Shown here: piece by piece, positions 7,282 through 16,362 of the stretch
How positions within the stretch are numbered: the stretch's first letter is position 1
How the letters are laid out: the number at the start of each line of letters is the position of its first letter
IMG/VR virus record: IMGVR_UViG_3300014656_000031
Coordinates: 1 to 59,708 of that record
Source of the DNA: a virus
Lineage: Duplodnaviria > Caudoviricetes
Strand: one strand, 5' to 3'
DNA length: 59,708 nucleotides
The notes under the pieces: generated by a model
What the model saw: only the letters and a program-made list of their open reading frames with translations
Told to the model about the DNA's origin: nothing
Database searches by the model: none
Translations under genes and position numbers: made by a program

Positions 7282-7505
7282 AATTTCTCTTTATGCAATT
7301 TAAACATGCGCCAGAGATTGTTTATATAGCTAAAGCAGATACTCTAGACAGTCCTGCTACATATATACATTGTCCTGCCGGTATGGATAATTATCGTAAT
7401 ATAACAATTAAAAGTGAAATGCGCATAGACTCTTCATCATGGATCTATAAACTATATGACTCTTTAGAAGAATTAATGGAAGCTCATCTAGTCGATCTTT
7501 TATAA
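7278..7505 (+). CDS. FVDLL-tail family small protein
   Basis: MKFLF...YDSLEELMEAHLVDLL*. Confidence 0.8.
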   Translation: MKFLFMQFKHAPEIVYIAKADTLDSPATYIHCPAGMDNYRNITIKSEMRIDSSSWIYKLYDSLEELMEAHLVDLL

Positions 7506-7527
7506 CATAAAATGATAAATATTTAAT

Positions 7528-9111
7528 ATGAATACAGAAACTAAGCTGATTTATGAAGCGTATCAAACTATTTATGAATCTTGGTGGGACGATGTAGAAC
7601 AAGAAGGTCCTGAAAAAGATGTAAAAGCAGATGCAGAAAAAATAATTGCTTCAGAAAACGAAGAAGAAATATCAGCTATTGCACAAAAAGCTGCACATGA
7701 AATTCCTCCAGAACAGACAGAAGAAACTGCGGATAAAGAATGGGAAATCTCTGCCAGGTTTATGCCGTACTTGCAAGAAAAAATAAACAAGCTAAACAGA
7801 AAATCAGCAAAATTAGGCACTCCTCCAATTACTCTTACTAAAACCGGTGAGGAAATTCGTAAAATTACAAGTGAAGTAAATGGTGAAGAATTACTAGTAC
7901 AAATCATTAAAATTAAACTGCAAGGATCTGCTCCAGTATTGGACGGTTGGCAATTTGTGGCAACTATTGAACATATACCAGGCGGCAATATGATTTATAA
8001 AGTTCCTGGTTTAGATCTAAAAACTCCACTTACTACAATTTTTAAAAATCAACCACCTACTTGTGATTGGTGTAAAATTAATAGAAGCCGTTTAGAAACC
8101 TTTCTAATTCGCAAATTGGTTAATGGTGTTCCTGTAGAAGGAAAATGTGTAGGGCGAACATGTCTAAAGGATTTCTTGGGTGGCAATGATCCACAAAAGT
8201 ATTTAGCCTATGCAAAAAGTTTAACAGACATTATTGGAATGCTAGCTGAATTTGAAGCGGCTGGAGCAGAAAGCCCTCATCCCCGAGCTGCACATGCAGA
8301 TCAATATGTTGAGGCTTTTGGATTTCTATGTAGAGTAGCAACAAACATTCGTAATTTTGGTTGGATAAGTGCAGCTAAGGCTCGTGAGCAAGGAAGATCT
8401 TCTACAACTTCTGATGCCCTGATAGATATTAGCAATGCACAAAAAGGCAATCAACCTAAAAAATCAATTGAACAAGAAGACAAAGAACTAGCCCAAAAAA
8501 CTATAGATTGGGCTCAGAATGGTCTTCCTAAAAAAATTGAAGAAATTACAAATAAAATTGCTGCAGGAACTGCTTCTTCCTTCGAACAACAAAGCGTAGA
8601 TTATTTAAACAATTTACACACAGCATTACAATCAAATTATTTAACTTGGAAGCAAGCACGAATTGCAGGGTCTGCTATTATAGCATATAAAAAAGAAACA
8701 GAATGGAAAGATAAACAAAAAGAACAAGCATCTAAATCCAATGAATGGGTGGGACAATTAGGTGGTAAAATTAGTAAATTACACGTAACCCTAAAAGGGA
8801 AAAACACTTTTCAAACTGATTATGGTATGTCTACTTTGGTGAGATTTGAAGATGACGTAGGAAATAAGCTAGCCTGGTTTGCTACAAATACAGATTCCTT
8901 AGGAGATTGGGATATCGGTACCTCCATGAATATTGATGGTACCGTTAAAGCCCATCAATTCTATCCACGAGGATCACAGAATAAACAAACTCTTCTAACA
9001 CGTGTTAAAAATTCTGATTTCATTAAGCCTCGAAAGGCACGACAACCAAAATTTGTTGTTCCTCCTGTTCCACCGAAAACAACAGGGCTAGATGCTTCTC
9101 CAGGATGGTAA
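7528..9111 (+). CDS. conserved phage protein, Zn-binding centre and probable C-terminal OB-fold
   Basis: CDWC...CVGRTCLKDFLG; C-term WVG...RFEDDVGNKLAWF...GTVKAH...QTLLTRVK; N-term KLIYEAY. Confidence 0.7.
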   Translation: MNTETKLIYEAYQTIYESWWDDVEQEGPEKDVKADAEKIIASENEEEISAIAQKAAHEIPPEQTEETADKEWEISARFMPYLQEKINKLNRKSAKLGTPPITLTKTGEEIRKITSEVNGEELLVQIIKIKLQGSAPVLDGWQFVATIEHIPGGNMIYKVPGLDLKTPLTTIFKNQPPTCDWCKINRSRLETFLIRKLVNGVPVEGKCVGRTCLKDFLGGNDPQKYLAYAKSLTDIIGMLAEFEAAGAESPHPRAAHADQYVEAFGFLCRVATNIRNFGWISAAKAREQGRSSTTSDALIDISNAQKGNQPKKSIEQEDKELAQKTIDWAQNGLPKKIEEITNKIAAGTASSFEQQSVDYLNNLHTALQSNYLTWKQARIAGSAIIAYKKETEWKDKQKEQASKSNEWVGQLGGKISKLHVTLKGKNTFQTDYGMSTLVRFEDDVGNKLAWFATNTDSLGDWDIGTSMNIDGTVKAHQFYPRGSQNKQTLLTRVKNSDFIKPRKARQPKFVVPPVPPKTTGLDASPGW

Positions 9112-9112
9112 T

Positions 9113-9580
9113 ATGAAATTTAAATCTATATTTTTAGAAGCTTTAGATTCGATTGAAATTAAAGCAATCCCATCTAAAAACAGACCATCTGATGTAGATA
9201 TTATTGGTGCATATCAAAATAATGAATTAATTGGAAAAGCCTCTATTAATAAAACAACAGATCCATACCATTTTTTGCTATCTTATATTCACGTAAATCC
9301 TGAATTTAGAAATCAAGGAATAGCAAAAAAACTAGTAGAATATATACAGTCTAAATATACATCTAGACCAATTATACTTCAACCAGAATCTTTTGGATTT
9401 AAATTCAAAGGAAAAACAAACGAAGAACTTCGAGCTATGTATTCACATTTAGGTTTTAAAACTTTAGTCAATCAACCAAATTATATGATTTGGAGACCTA
9501 CAGTAAGTGAATCGGCTATTCAACAATCTCCAGCTTTACCATCAGCACAAACTCATATGTTAGCACCACCAAAAATTTAA
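9113..9580 (+). CDS. GNAT family acetyltransferase
   Basis: IHVNPEFRNQGIAKKLV acetyl-CoA motif, YSHLGF. Confidence 0.85.
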   Translation: MKFKSIFLEALDSIEIKAIPSKNRPSDVDIIGAYQNNELIGKASINKTTDPYHFLLSYIHVNPEFRNQGIAKKLVEYIQSKYTSRPIILQPESFGFKFKGKTNEELRAMYSHLGFKTLVNQPNYMIWRPTVSESAIQQSPALPSAQTHMLAPPKI

Positions 9581-9651
9581 ATAATTTTCTTGATTTTTTC
9601 TATATTTATAATATAATTAACTTAGTGGGGATGGCATACAACAGCAACTTC

Positions 9652-10587
9652 ATGAAATTTCTAACATATGCATTGTTAATATTATTAACTGTTCAGTCAC
9701 CTGCAAATATATTAACTCTTGAATTAGAAAACGATATATTCTTCGATAGTGATAAATTTTATACGCATGGAACTAAGATTTGTTATTACTTCACCTATCT
9801 GCAAACTTTTGATAAATACTTTGAATTTCTTTTCAAAAAAGATAGAGCCCATAACATTGGATTAACTATTGGGCAGAATATGTATACTCCTTCAGATATC
9901 AGCATATCTACTCCTATTACGGACGACAGACCTTATGCTGGCTGGCTCTATGGTGGAATTATATTTAAATCTATTGGATCTAATGATACTAGTTTTATTG
10001 AAATAGATGTTGGTACAACTGGCCCAGATTCCTATGCAGAAGAAGTTCAAAAACAAGTACATGAGTGGACAGGCAGTACAACTCCAATGGGTTGGAGTAA
10101 TCAGATTAAAAATGTAGTTGGCATAAATGTAATCTTTAAAGAAAAATGGAAACTGTGGGATGCATATTATAAGGACCTTGGTGTACAATTTAATCCATTT
10201 GTAAATGCTTCTCTAGGAAATATTTGTACATATTTTGGAGGAGGTGTAGAACTTCGAACAGGATATAAATTACCTCCAGACCTGTTTATAGTTTCTCCTA
10301 TAGAACCCACTGTTATTGAAATTAATCCTAAAGAATGGTTCTTCTTTTTATTTGCATCAATTGGAGGCAAATATGTTGCTCGAAATATTTTATTAGATGC
10401 AGAATTATGTCCTATTCCATATTATTTAGAAAAAGAAGATTGGATAGGCGAATTCAAATATGGAGCCGCAACAGGATTAAAATACATTCGAATTGAACTA
10501 GCTAACATTATTCGTACTAAAGAATTCACCATTCAAAATCAGGATTATATAGAATATACTTCCTTGGCGGCATCAATTGTTTTTTAG
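9652..10587 (+). CDS. lpxR: LpxR-family (DUF2219) lipid A deacylase, outer-membrane beta-barrel
   Basis: signal peptide, ENDIFFDSDKFYTHG, GQNMYTP, DRPYAGWLY, C-terminal Phe. Confidence 0.8.
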   Translation: MKFLTYALLILLTVQSPANILTLELENDIFFDSDKFYTHGTKICYYFTYLQTFDKYFEFLFKKDRAHNIGLTIGQNMYTPSDISISTPITDDRPYAGWLYGGIIFKSIGSNDTSFIEIDVGTTGPDSYAEEVQKQVHEWTGSTTPMGWSNQIKNVVGINVIFKEKWKLWDAYYKDLGVQFNPFVNASLGNICTYFGGGVELRTGYKLPPDLFIVSPIEPTVIEINPKEWFFFLFASIGGKYVARNILLDAELCPIPYYLEKEDWIGEFKYGAATGLKYIRIELANIIRTKEFTIQNQDYIEYTSLAASIVF

Positions 10588-10595
10588 GAGAAACT

Positions 10596-10784
10596 ATGGC
10601 AAACTATATTGAAATCAAAGCAGAATATTGGTCTGATCGAACTAAAAATAAAGATAAGCCTATTGCATTAACATTTAAGGAAGGTGGAAGAAATTCTTTT
10701 AGTGATGTCAAATGGTTATCTGTTAACGAATGTAAAAAACTAAAAGAATCCTTGCAGAAAATATTGGATGATATAAAATTATAA
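10596..10784 (+). CDS. hypothetical protein
   Basis: AGGAG RBS, 62 aa. Confidence 0.7.
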   Translation: MANYIEIKAEYWSDRTKNKDKPIALTFKEGGRNSFSDVKWLSVNECKKLKESLQKILDDIKL

Positions 10785-10849
10785 TATAAAAGAAATGAAA
10801 TTTCGATTACAAAATTATCCGGAACTATTAAAAAAAGAAAGACATTAAA

Positions 10850-11056
10850 ATGAAACTTGTATGTCCAAATAATCCTAAACATAAAAGGTTTAGTACTTAT
10901 GCTGCTATATCACGAGAATGGATAGTAGATGAAGATGGGAAATTTATTAGAGAAGGAAAAAATAGCGATATAATAAACTATCCGGATGAACACGATTGTT
11001 TTTGGTGTGTAGAATGTGCTACAGAAGCAGATAAAATAAAGGCAGATGAAAAATGA
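10850..11056 (+). CDS. small zinc-ribbon protein
   Basis: CP...H and WCVECA motifs. Confidence 0.65.
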   Translation: MKLVCPNNPKHKRFSTYAAISREWIVDEDGKFIREGKNSDIINYPDEHDCFWCVECATEADKIKADEK

Positions 11057-11598
11057 TTACAACAAAACAAAATGGTAATAAGTTAACAGTTACAATTGAA
11101 CATCAATGTGATTCTTGTGAAGGAACAGGACTATATCAAGGTATGGCTGAAAGAAACGGAGCTGGTGTAGTCTGTTCTACTTGTAAGGGAACAGGTAAAT
11201 TTGTTTCTGTTGAAACTTTTACGAAATTTGAAGGTCGTAAAAACAAAAAAGGTGTTGAACGAGTTTATCAAACAGCAGGGGGCTATGGAATCACATCTAA
11301 AGATTTTACAGATAAAAATGGCAAACTTTTTAAATTTTCAGAAGCAGGATGCTCCTATAAAGATTGGAAGAATGATGTAATTCCAAAACCTATAGAAGAT
11401 CTGCATTGTCCGTATATGCATAGTAATCAAAACATGCAAAACTCTAAACACAAAGCCTATAAGATGTATAAAACTGTATGTAGAAATGGGTTACATTGGG
11501 GCTTGATTACCGAATGTAAGAATTTTAAATGTAAAGAGAAGTGTTGGAAGAAATACTATGAATTAGTTGGTGATAATTATAATGAAATCAAAGCCTAA
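11053..11598 (+). CDS. DnaJ-type zinc-finger protein
   Basis: CDSCEGTG and CSTCKGTG repeats. Confidence 0.75.
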   Translation: MITTKQNGNKLTVTIEHQCDSCEGTGLYQGMAERNGAGVVCSTCKGTGKFVSVETFTKFEGRKNKKGVERVYQTAGGYGITSKDFTDKNGKLFKFSEAGCSYKDWKNDVIPKPIEDLHCPYMHSNQNMQNSKHKAYKMYKTVCRNGLHWGLITECKNFKCKEKCWKKYYELVGDNYNEIKA

Positions 11599-11731
11599 TA
11601 AGTGTTACATTAAAAAATGTAAATGGGCTCCTTCTATAGTTTATTTAAATAGAGAACTATGTGACTATCATTGGGAAATGTTATGTAAATTAGATACTGC
11701 TGACATGAAAAGAAAATTGAACTTAAAATGA
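11582..11731 (+). CDS. 49-aa Cys/His protein (below ORF-track cutoff)
   Basis: MKSKPNKCYIKKC...LCDYHW...; fills gap, ATGA-coupled to HNH gene. Confidence 0.6.
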   Translation: MKSKPNKCYIKKCKWAPSIVYLNRELCDYHWEMLCKLDTADMKRKLNLK

Positions 11732-12330
11732 ATGTAAAGAAGCCAGATGTACTTGTACTTAATCGTGTTTTTGTACCTATACACATTGTAGACCATCAAA
11801 CTGCAATGACTCTAATTTATACTGAAAAATGCCGACCTTTAGATAGAGATTATTTGGCATATACATTTAATGATTGGTTAAATTTTTCTTCTCAAGAAAC
11901 TAATAATTATCCAAAATTACACACTATAAATTATCCTATTGCTATACCAGAAATTATAGTATCTACTACCTTTGATAAACTCCCACAGAGGCAAGTAAAA
12001 TATTCTAGAACCAATGTAATGGCCCGAGACAAATATCGTTGCGGTTATTGTGGTAAACAGTTTAATAGAAAGGATCTTACTATTGATCATATTCATCCAA
12101 GATGCAAAGGTGGTAAGACTACATGGGATAATGTAATCTCTTGTTGTTTCCCTTGCAATCAAAAGAAAGACAACAAAACTATGGCAGAAGCTGGAATGAA
12201 GCTAAGATTTTTACCTAAAGCACCAAAATGGATGTCTCCATTAACTCATATAAGTATGAAGGAACATCCTTGTAAAAGTTGGTCTCATTTTATGTATAAG
12301 GTCTCTACGGAAATAGAGAATGAAGACTAA
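11728..12330 (+). CDS. HNH endonuclease (McrA-like)
   Basis: RDKYRCGYCG...LTIDHIHPRCKGGKTTWDNVISCCFPCNQKK. Confidence 0.9.
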   Translation: MNVKKPDVLVLNRVFVPIHIVDHQTAMTLIYTEKCRPLDRDYLAYTFNDWLNFSSQETNNYPKLHTINYPIAIPEIIVSTTFDKLPQRQVKYSRTNVMARDKYRCGYCGKQFNRKDLTIDHIHPRCKGGKTTWDNVISCCFPCNQKKDNKTMAEAGMKLRFLPKAPKWMSPLTHISMKEHPCKSWSHFMYKVSTEIENED

Positions 12331-12585
12331 AGAATATTGGTTAGCAGAACGCAACTTGTCACGCGGATCATTAACACCAATACTTGGTGATTTTTGGTAT
12401 CTTTTAGTTAATAAACGTAATGGTGTATGGTATACTTTAATAAACACAAATGACTATACGCTCGATTCTATTAAAAATATTTTGGTAAATCAAATATTAC
12501 AGATATTGAAGGCCCATGGTGTTTCACTGATAGTTATAAAATAAGGCAATTACAAGACGGTGAAGAGTTTATTTACATGTTATGA
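12320..12585 (+). pseudogene. FIYML-tail paralog split by a -1 frameshift
   Basis: frame 0 stops at 12544; -1 frame open from 12475 reads KYFGKSN...QDGEEFIYML* and ends in ATGA overlap with its paralog; A5 run at 12473-12477. Confidence 0.75.
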
Positions 12586-12836
12586 AAAATAAAGAATACT
12601 GGTTATGTGGAAGTACTGATGAAAAGGATTTTTGGTTTCTTGTAACAGACCTTGAGCCTTGTGTTGATAATAAATATCCTAAAGGATTTCTTGAAGGAAA
12701 ATTGATTAATGGGGGTCCACATGAAATGGCGAGAGCATGGCGCCCCAATAATTCCAACTTTATATGGAACCCTAAGGCCCCAGGTTATTATCTAAAAAAG
12801 GTTCCTCCAGATGAAGTTTTTATTTATATGTTGTAG
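12582..12836 (+). CDS. small protein, FIYML-tail variant
   Basis: MKNKEYWL..DFWFLV..PDEVFIYML*; paralog of 12320 gene. Confidence 0.75.
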   Translation: MKNKEYWLCGSTDEKDFWFLVTDLEPCVDNKYPKGFLEGKLINGGPHEMARAWRPNNSNFIWNPKAPGYYLKKVPPDEVFIYML

Positions 12837-13272
12837 TTTATTGATGTTATGTGGATGTGTTAATAGTGCAAAACGCAACTATCTTGGTACATACTCTATA
12901 GCAAATGATACTATTAATTTGTATCTCGTTCATCAACAAGAACTTAGCAAAACTAATATAGCCTGCGCAATCCACACAATCAGGGATAGTTTATTACTAT
13001 GTGAGAGTAAAGAGCGATTTTTTATGCATAAGGCATACATCGACACATTAAAATCATTAGAACTCAATTCTAATGAGAAATACATAGTGAATTACTTCTA
13101 TACTCAATACCTTAATTTTATATATTTTGATATAAAAGTCCCTATGCAACATATATCTCAGGCACTATTTAATGGAACTGAATTGGTGCTAGATTGGTTC
13201 GATGACACTTATCGGTTTTTTTCATATAAAGAAACTTTTAATATGAATACGGGCCTATCTGAGTTACGTTAA
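12811..13272 (+). CDS. putative lipoprotein
   Basis: MKFLFICCSLLMLCGC lipobox-like signal. Confidence 0.6.
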   Translation: MKFLFICCSLLMLCGCVNSAKRNYLGTYSIANDTINLYLVHQQELSKTNIACAIHTIRDSLLLCESKERFFMHKAYIDTLKSLELNSNEKYIVNYFYTQYLNFIYFDIKVPMQHISQALFNGTELVLDWFDDTYRFFSYKETFNMNTGLSELR

Positions 13273-13816
13273 ACCATAAAATATAATGAAATCCGTTTTT
13301 ATCTTCTACGTTCAATATTTTATATTTTTCTCTTGTTTTTCTATCTGTCCACAGAGCTTCATTTTGCACAAAATAATCTCCATCTAACTTTCCATATAGA
13401 GACTCTAAAATATGAGCTATTTCGTCCTGTCTTCTTAGAATTACATAAGCATTATGGTGATCATATCCTTTTGATAATTGTATAGGCTTTGGTTTAGAAT
13501 CTTTTTCTTTTTGGCGAGCTCTTATAGCTTCTTTATGTTTCCACGGCTTTTTTCGTGCATTTTGTATTTTATCTAATACCGTCTCTTCATCTTTGGCTAA
13601 TATAGAAGGTTCTAATACAGAAATATCAGCTTCTTCACTATAAACTTCTTCGCTTGGAGGTGAATCTGGTATATCAGGAGCTAACACAACATCAGCCAAC
13701 TGTCTAACATTTTTAGCTATCCTACGATTTTCTAAATATCTGTTTTTATTCTTTCTAGAATATCGAAGTTTAGACTTCTTCTTTTTAGGTGCAGGATCTA
13801 TATTTTCTGTTGTCAT
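13238..13816 (-). CDS. basic hypothetical protein
   Basis: likely start MTTENIDPAPKKKK behind palindromic late motif. Confidence 0.7.
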   Translation of the reverse strand: MTTENIDPAPKKKKSKLRYSRKNKNRYLENRRIAKNVRQLADVVLAPDIPDSPPSEEVYSEEADISVLEPSILAKDEETVLDKIQNARKKPWKHKEAIRARQKEKDSKPKPIQLSKGYDHHNAYVILRRQDEIAHILESLYGKLDGDYFVQNEALWTDRKTREKYKILNVEDKNGFHYILWFNVTQIGPYSY

Positions 13817-13818
13817 AT

Positions 13819-13832
13819 CATAAATATTTATG
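13819..13832. promoter_or_regulatory. palindromic T4-like late promoter between divergent genes
   Basis: CATAAATATTTATG perfect palindrome; motif recurs at 17161, 27716, 51875, 55370 and others. Confidence 0.65.
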
Positions 13833-13850
13833 TTACTATAGAATATTGCA

Positions 13851-14158
13851 ATGAACAAATTTAAACACTTTTTTAAAGAAGCGTCTGTCCAATATGAAGA
13901 TTGGACTAGTGCTATAGAAGGCAATTCTATGCTTAGGACTGGGCGGGATTTGCTTATAGAATTTGATAGAATCTGGCCTGGTAAAGAATCTCTGATTGTT
14001 GGTGGTACAATTAGAGACTTGTTATTGGTAAAATTCTTAGTGACACAGAACAATGGATTGTAGATAATTCTAAATTTAATGCCACGGAAGAAGAAATTAA
14101 AAAGTTTGCCAATATGAAATATAAAGAATCTTTAAAAAAACCTGGCCAAATAAATTGA
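13851..14158 (+). pseudogene. CCA-adding enzyme / poly(A) polymerase family gene with large internal deletion
   Basis: N-terminal LIVGGTIRDLLL motif joined out of frame to IGKILSDTEQWIVDN...EEEIKKF C-terminal-like segment. Confidence 0.7.
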
Positions 14159-14177
14159 TTTCATATATAATTATAAT

Positions 14178-14408
14178 ATGAAATTTAAAAAATATGTTTT
14201 AGTCAGTTTAGATAATGGCACCACAGGATTTATTGTTCATGATATAGAACCAATAAACATAAATATAGATGGTATAGAGTTACAAATATATCAACCATTT
14301 TTAGGATATACAGAATCAAAGCTTACATGTTTTATAAGAGACAATATTATAGATTCAGCAAATACAGTTCAAGAACTAGTAGAACGATATTTTGAAATGT
14401 TTTTATGA
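14178..14408 (+). CDS. FVDLL-tail family protein (variant)
   Basis: ends NTVQELVERYFEMFL*; TATAAT at 14166-14171. Confidence 0.75.
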   Translation: MKFKKYVLVSLDNGTTGFIVHDIEPININIDGIELQIYQPFLGYTESKLTCFIRDNIIDSANTVQELVERYFEMFL

Positions 14409-14658
14409 TTAAATTTAATATACATGATATCGTATGTCTTAATAATTATAGTATGTACCATGAAGATGAATTTAAAACTACATTTTTAAGATTGTTGAGA
14501 TTTCAGAATATGAGTATAAATGTTTTATAGATGTTGTTCCTTTAAACAAAAATCCATTACATATAGATAAATATTGTTTTTATGATTATGAATTAAGGAA
14601 AATTAGTGAGAAAGAATTGGACATTTATGGTTCTGAATTGTTTGTGGATTTACTTTAA
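14405..14658 (+). pseudogene. FVDLL-tail family gene split by a -1 frameshift
   Basis: frame 0 stops at 14530; -1 frame open from 14476 reads NYIFKIVEI...YGSELFVDLL*; A4 (14474-14477) and T5 (14483-14487) runs. Confidence 0.75.
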
Positions 14659-14918
14659 TGTATCAATTATTCAAAACCTTTGATAAATTTGAACACAGAT
14701 GTACATATAGCATCTGCAATGATTATTTTATAAAATTTGAATGGGCTGAAAAACAAGGAAAAGTAGTATCTGCTTGTGAAATACCATTTGAGTGTCGAAT
14801 ACACTTAAATGAAAGTCCCTATGAAACAACTAATCTAATGTGTGAATTATCCTCTACAGAAGAAGTGTGGTATTATATAGGGGAAAATTTTCCCGAGCTG
14901 TTTACGTTTTTACTGTAG
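14658..14918 (+). CDS. FVDLL-tail family protein (variant)
   Basis: ends STEEVWYYIGENFPELFTFLL*. Confidence 0.7.
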   Translation: MYQLFKTFDKFEHRCTYSICNDYFIKFEWAEKQGKVVSACEIPFECRIHLNESPYETTNLMCELSSTEEVWYYIGENFPELFTFLL

Positions 14919-15195
14919 TTTCAGAAACATTAAACCCGTTACCTACGAAAAAGTTTTTAATAATCCCTGTAACTATAGACTGATCTGTTTCTGGCACATT
15001 TTTAAATTCAATGTAGATATCTTCTTCGCCTAAAAATGCGTAGTTAGTAAAATAATCATTCTTAGTTAAAACATAATTACTGTTTAAAAATGTTAAAAAA
15101 TGTTTAAATAAATCATACTCTAATATTTTTGAATAAGTTAATTCAGGTGCTTCAAAACCAATACTATCCTGTTCATATGATAAAACTATTTTCAT
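14902..15195 (-). CDS. hypothetical protein
   Basis: 97-aa ORF, ATGA-coupled. Confidence 0.7.
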   Translation of the reverse strand: MKIVLSYEQDSIGFEAPELTYSKILEYDLFKHFLTFLNSNYVLTKNDYFTNYAFLGEEDIYIEFKNVPETDQSIVTGIIKNFFVGNGFNVSETTVKT

Positions 15196-15455
15196 AATAA
15201 TATTTCAAAACTTTCATTTTTGAGTTGTTGTTCTGTTAACCGTTGCACAATATTATCTTCTTTAATAAACATTTCCTGATCATATTTTTTATAATTAGTT
15301 TGAGGAGAGGTCATTGATCTACTCCAATAAGGCCCCACCAATACTAATTTTTTATTCTTTACTAAAGATTCTTCCGCCCCTGAATATGATTCTTTTACCT
15401 TCCCAATAATTTGTTGATTATTAATTTCTGCTATAATATAATTATCTTGTTGCAT
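15192..15455 (-). CDS. small protein, possible FVDLL-tail variant
   Basis: likely start MQQDNY; ends EQQLKNESFEILL*. Confidence 0.65.
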   Translation of the reverse strand: MQQDNYIIAEINNQQIIGKVKESYSGAEESLVKNKKLVLVGPYWSRSMTSPQTNYKKYDQEMFIKEDNIVQRLTEQQLKNESFEILL

Positions 15456-16104
15456 GATAATACTCAGTTTGGATTTTGTCATACGTTACTCCATGATCAC
15501 TAAGATATTGAACATTATCAATGATCATAGAATCTGCACCACAAATATAATATTTAATTTTTGAATCATTAGTAGGAAGTTCAGAAAACCATTCAGTAAT
15601 CTTTTTAGGAAATCGAGTTTCCTCTTGTGAAACTGCAAATTTACAATTGTAATCGGTTTTTAATCTCCATCCTTCAATACAATCTGCTTGAGTCTTGCCG
15701 CCATGAAGTATCATTAAAGGATTATGTGAATAATATCCTAATGCAGATAAAAACGGAGATATTCCTGCACCAGTGGCAATATATACGTATTTTTGATCTT
15801 CACAATCCTTGCCTGGTGTAAAATCTCCATGCGGCTCAGATAATTCAATTTCATTTCCAATTACAACATTTGATAGAGCTTTTGAAACACCACCCTTTTC
15901 ATTTTCGAATATTTTAATATAAAATTCCAAGTGTTTATTATTCCTGGGTGAGGATGCTATATTATATACACCACTACTAGAAGAATTATCAGGATGTGTA
16001 ATAGTTATACACTGCCCTGGTATATATTCTACACCATTTCTATTACAGGCAATATAAAAAACTGTAGGGGATGCAAATCCGCAAAATGCTACTCTATGTT
16101 TCAT
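15442..16104 (-). CDS. ferredoxin-NADP reductase-like FAD/NAD(P) oxidoreductase
   Basis: YIPGQ, YNIASSP, GGVS, IATGAGISPF, YYICG motifs. Confidence 0.88.
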   Translation of the reverse strand: MKHRVAFCGFASPTVFYIACNRNGVEYIPGQCITITHPDNSSSSGVYNIASSPRNNKHLEFYIKIFENEKGGVSKALSNVVIGNEIELSEPHGDFTPGKDCEDQKYVYIATGAGISPFLSALGYYSHNPLMILHGGKTQADCIEGWRLKTDYNCKFAVSQEETRFPKKITEWFSELPTNDSKIKYYICGADSMIIDNVQYLSDHGVTYDKIQTEYYHATR

Positions 16105-16319
16105 AATACATTGTCTTCTAGCCAGGCCCATAATTTTCGCTTGGCTTTAATATTTAATTTATCAATTGCTTTATGAAGATCTTGTGTTAGCTTAATATCA
16201 GCTGGAGCAGGGCCTGTAGGTGTTACTGATTCATTCTTAGTACCACACCAAGAACATTTATCTTTCCTGTCCCCATTCCACGTTTTACATTTAGTACAGA
16301 ACCATTCTTGTGTATTCAT
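16101..16319 (-). CDS. RanBP2-type zinc-finger protein
   Basis: WFCTKCKTWNGDRKDKCSWCG fits W-x-C-x2-C-x3-N-x6-C-x2-C. Confidence 0.75.
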   Translation of the reverse strand: MNTQEWFCTKCKTWNGDRKDKCSWCGTKNESVTPTGPAPADIKLTQDLHKAIDKLNIKAKRKLWAWLEDNVL

Positions 16320-16362
16320 ATATAATATATTATAATATCATAATAAAAAGGCAAGGGAAATA

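Noticed and set aside
13817-14053. Extended N-terminus of the 13238-14053 ORF
   Set aside because: It is antisense to the CCA-enzyme remnant; the ATG at 13816 behind the late motif is the better start.
883-14918. Integron or diversity-generating retroelement explanation for the small-gene arrays
   Set aside because: No attC-like palindromes between genes (they overlap by ATGA), no integrase or reverse transcriptase, no template/variable repeat pair seen in this window.
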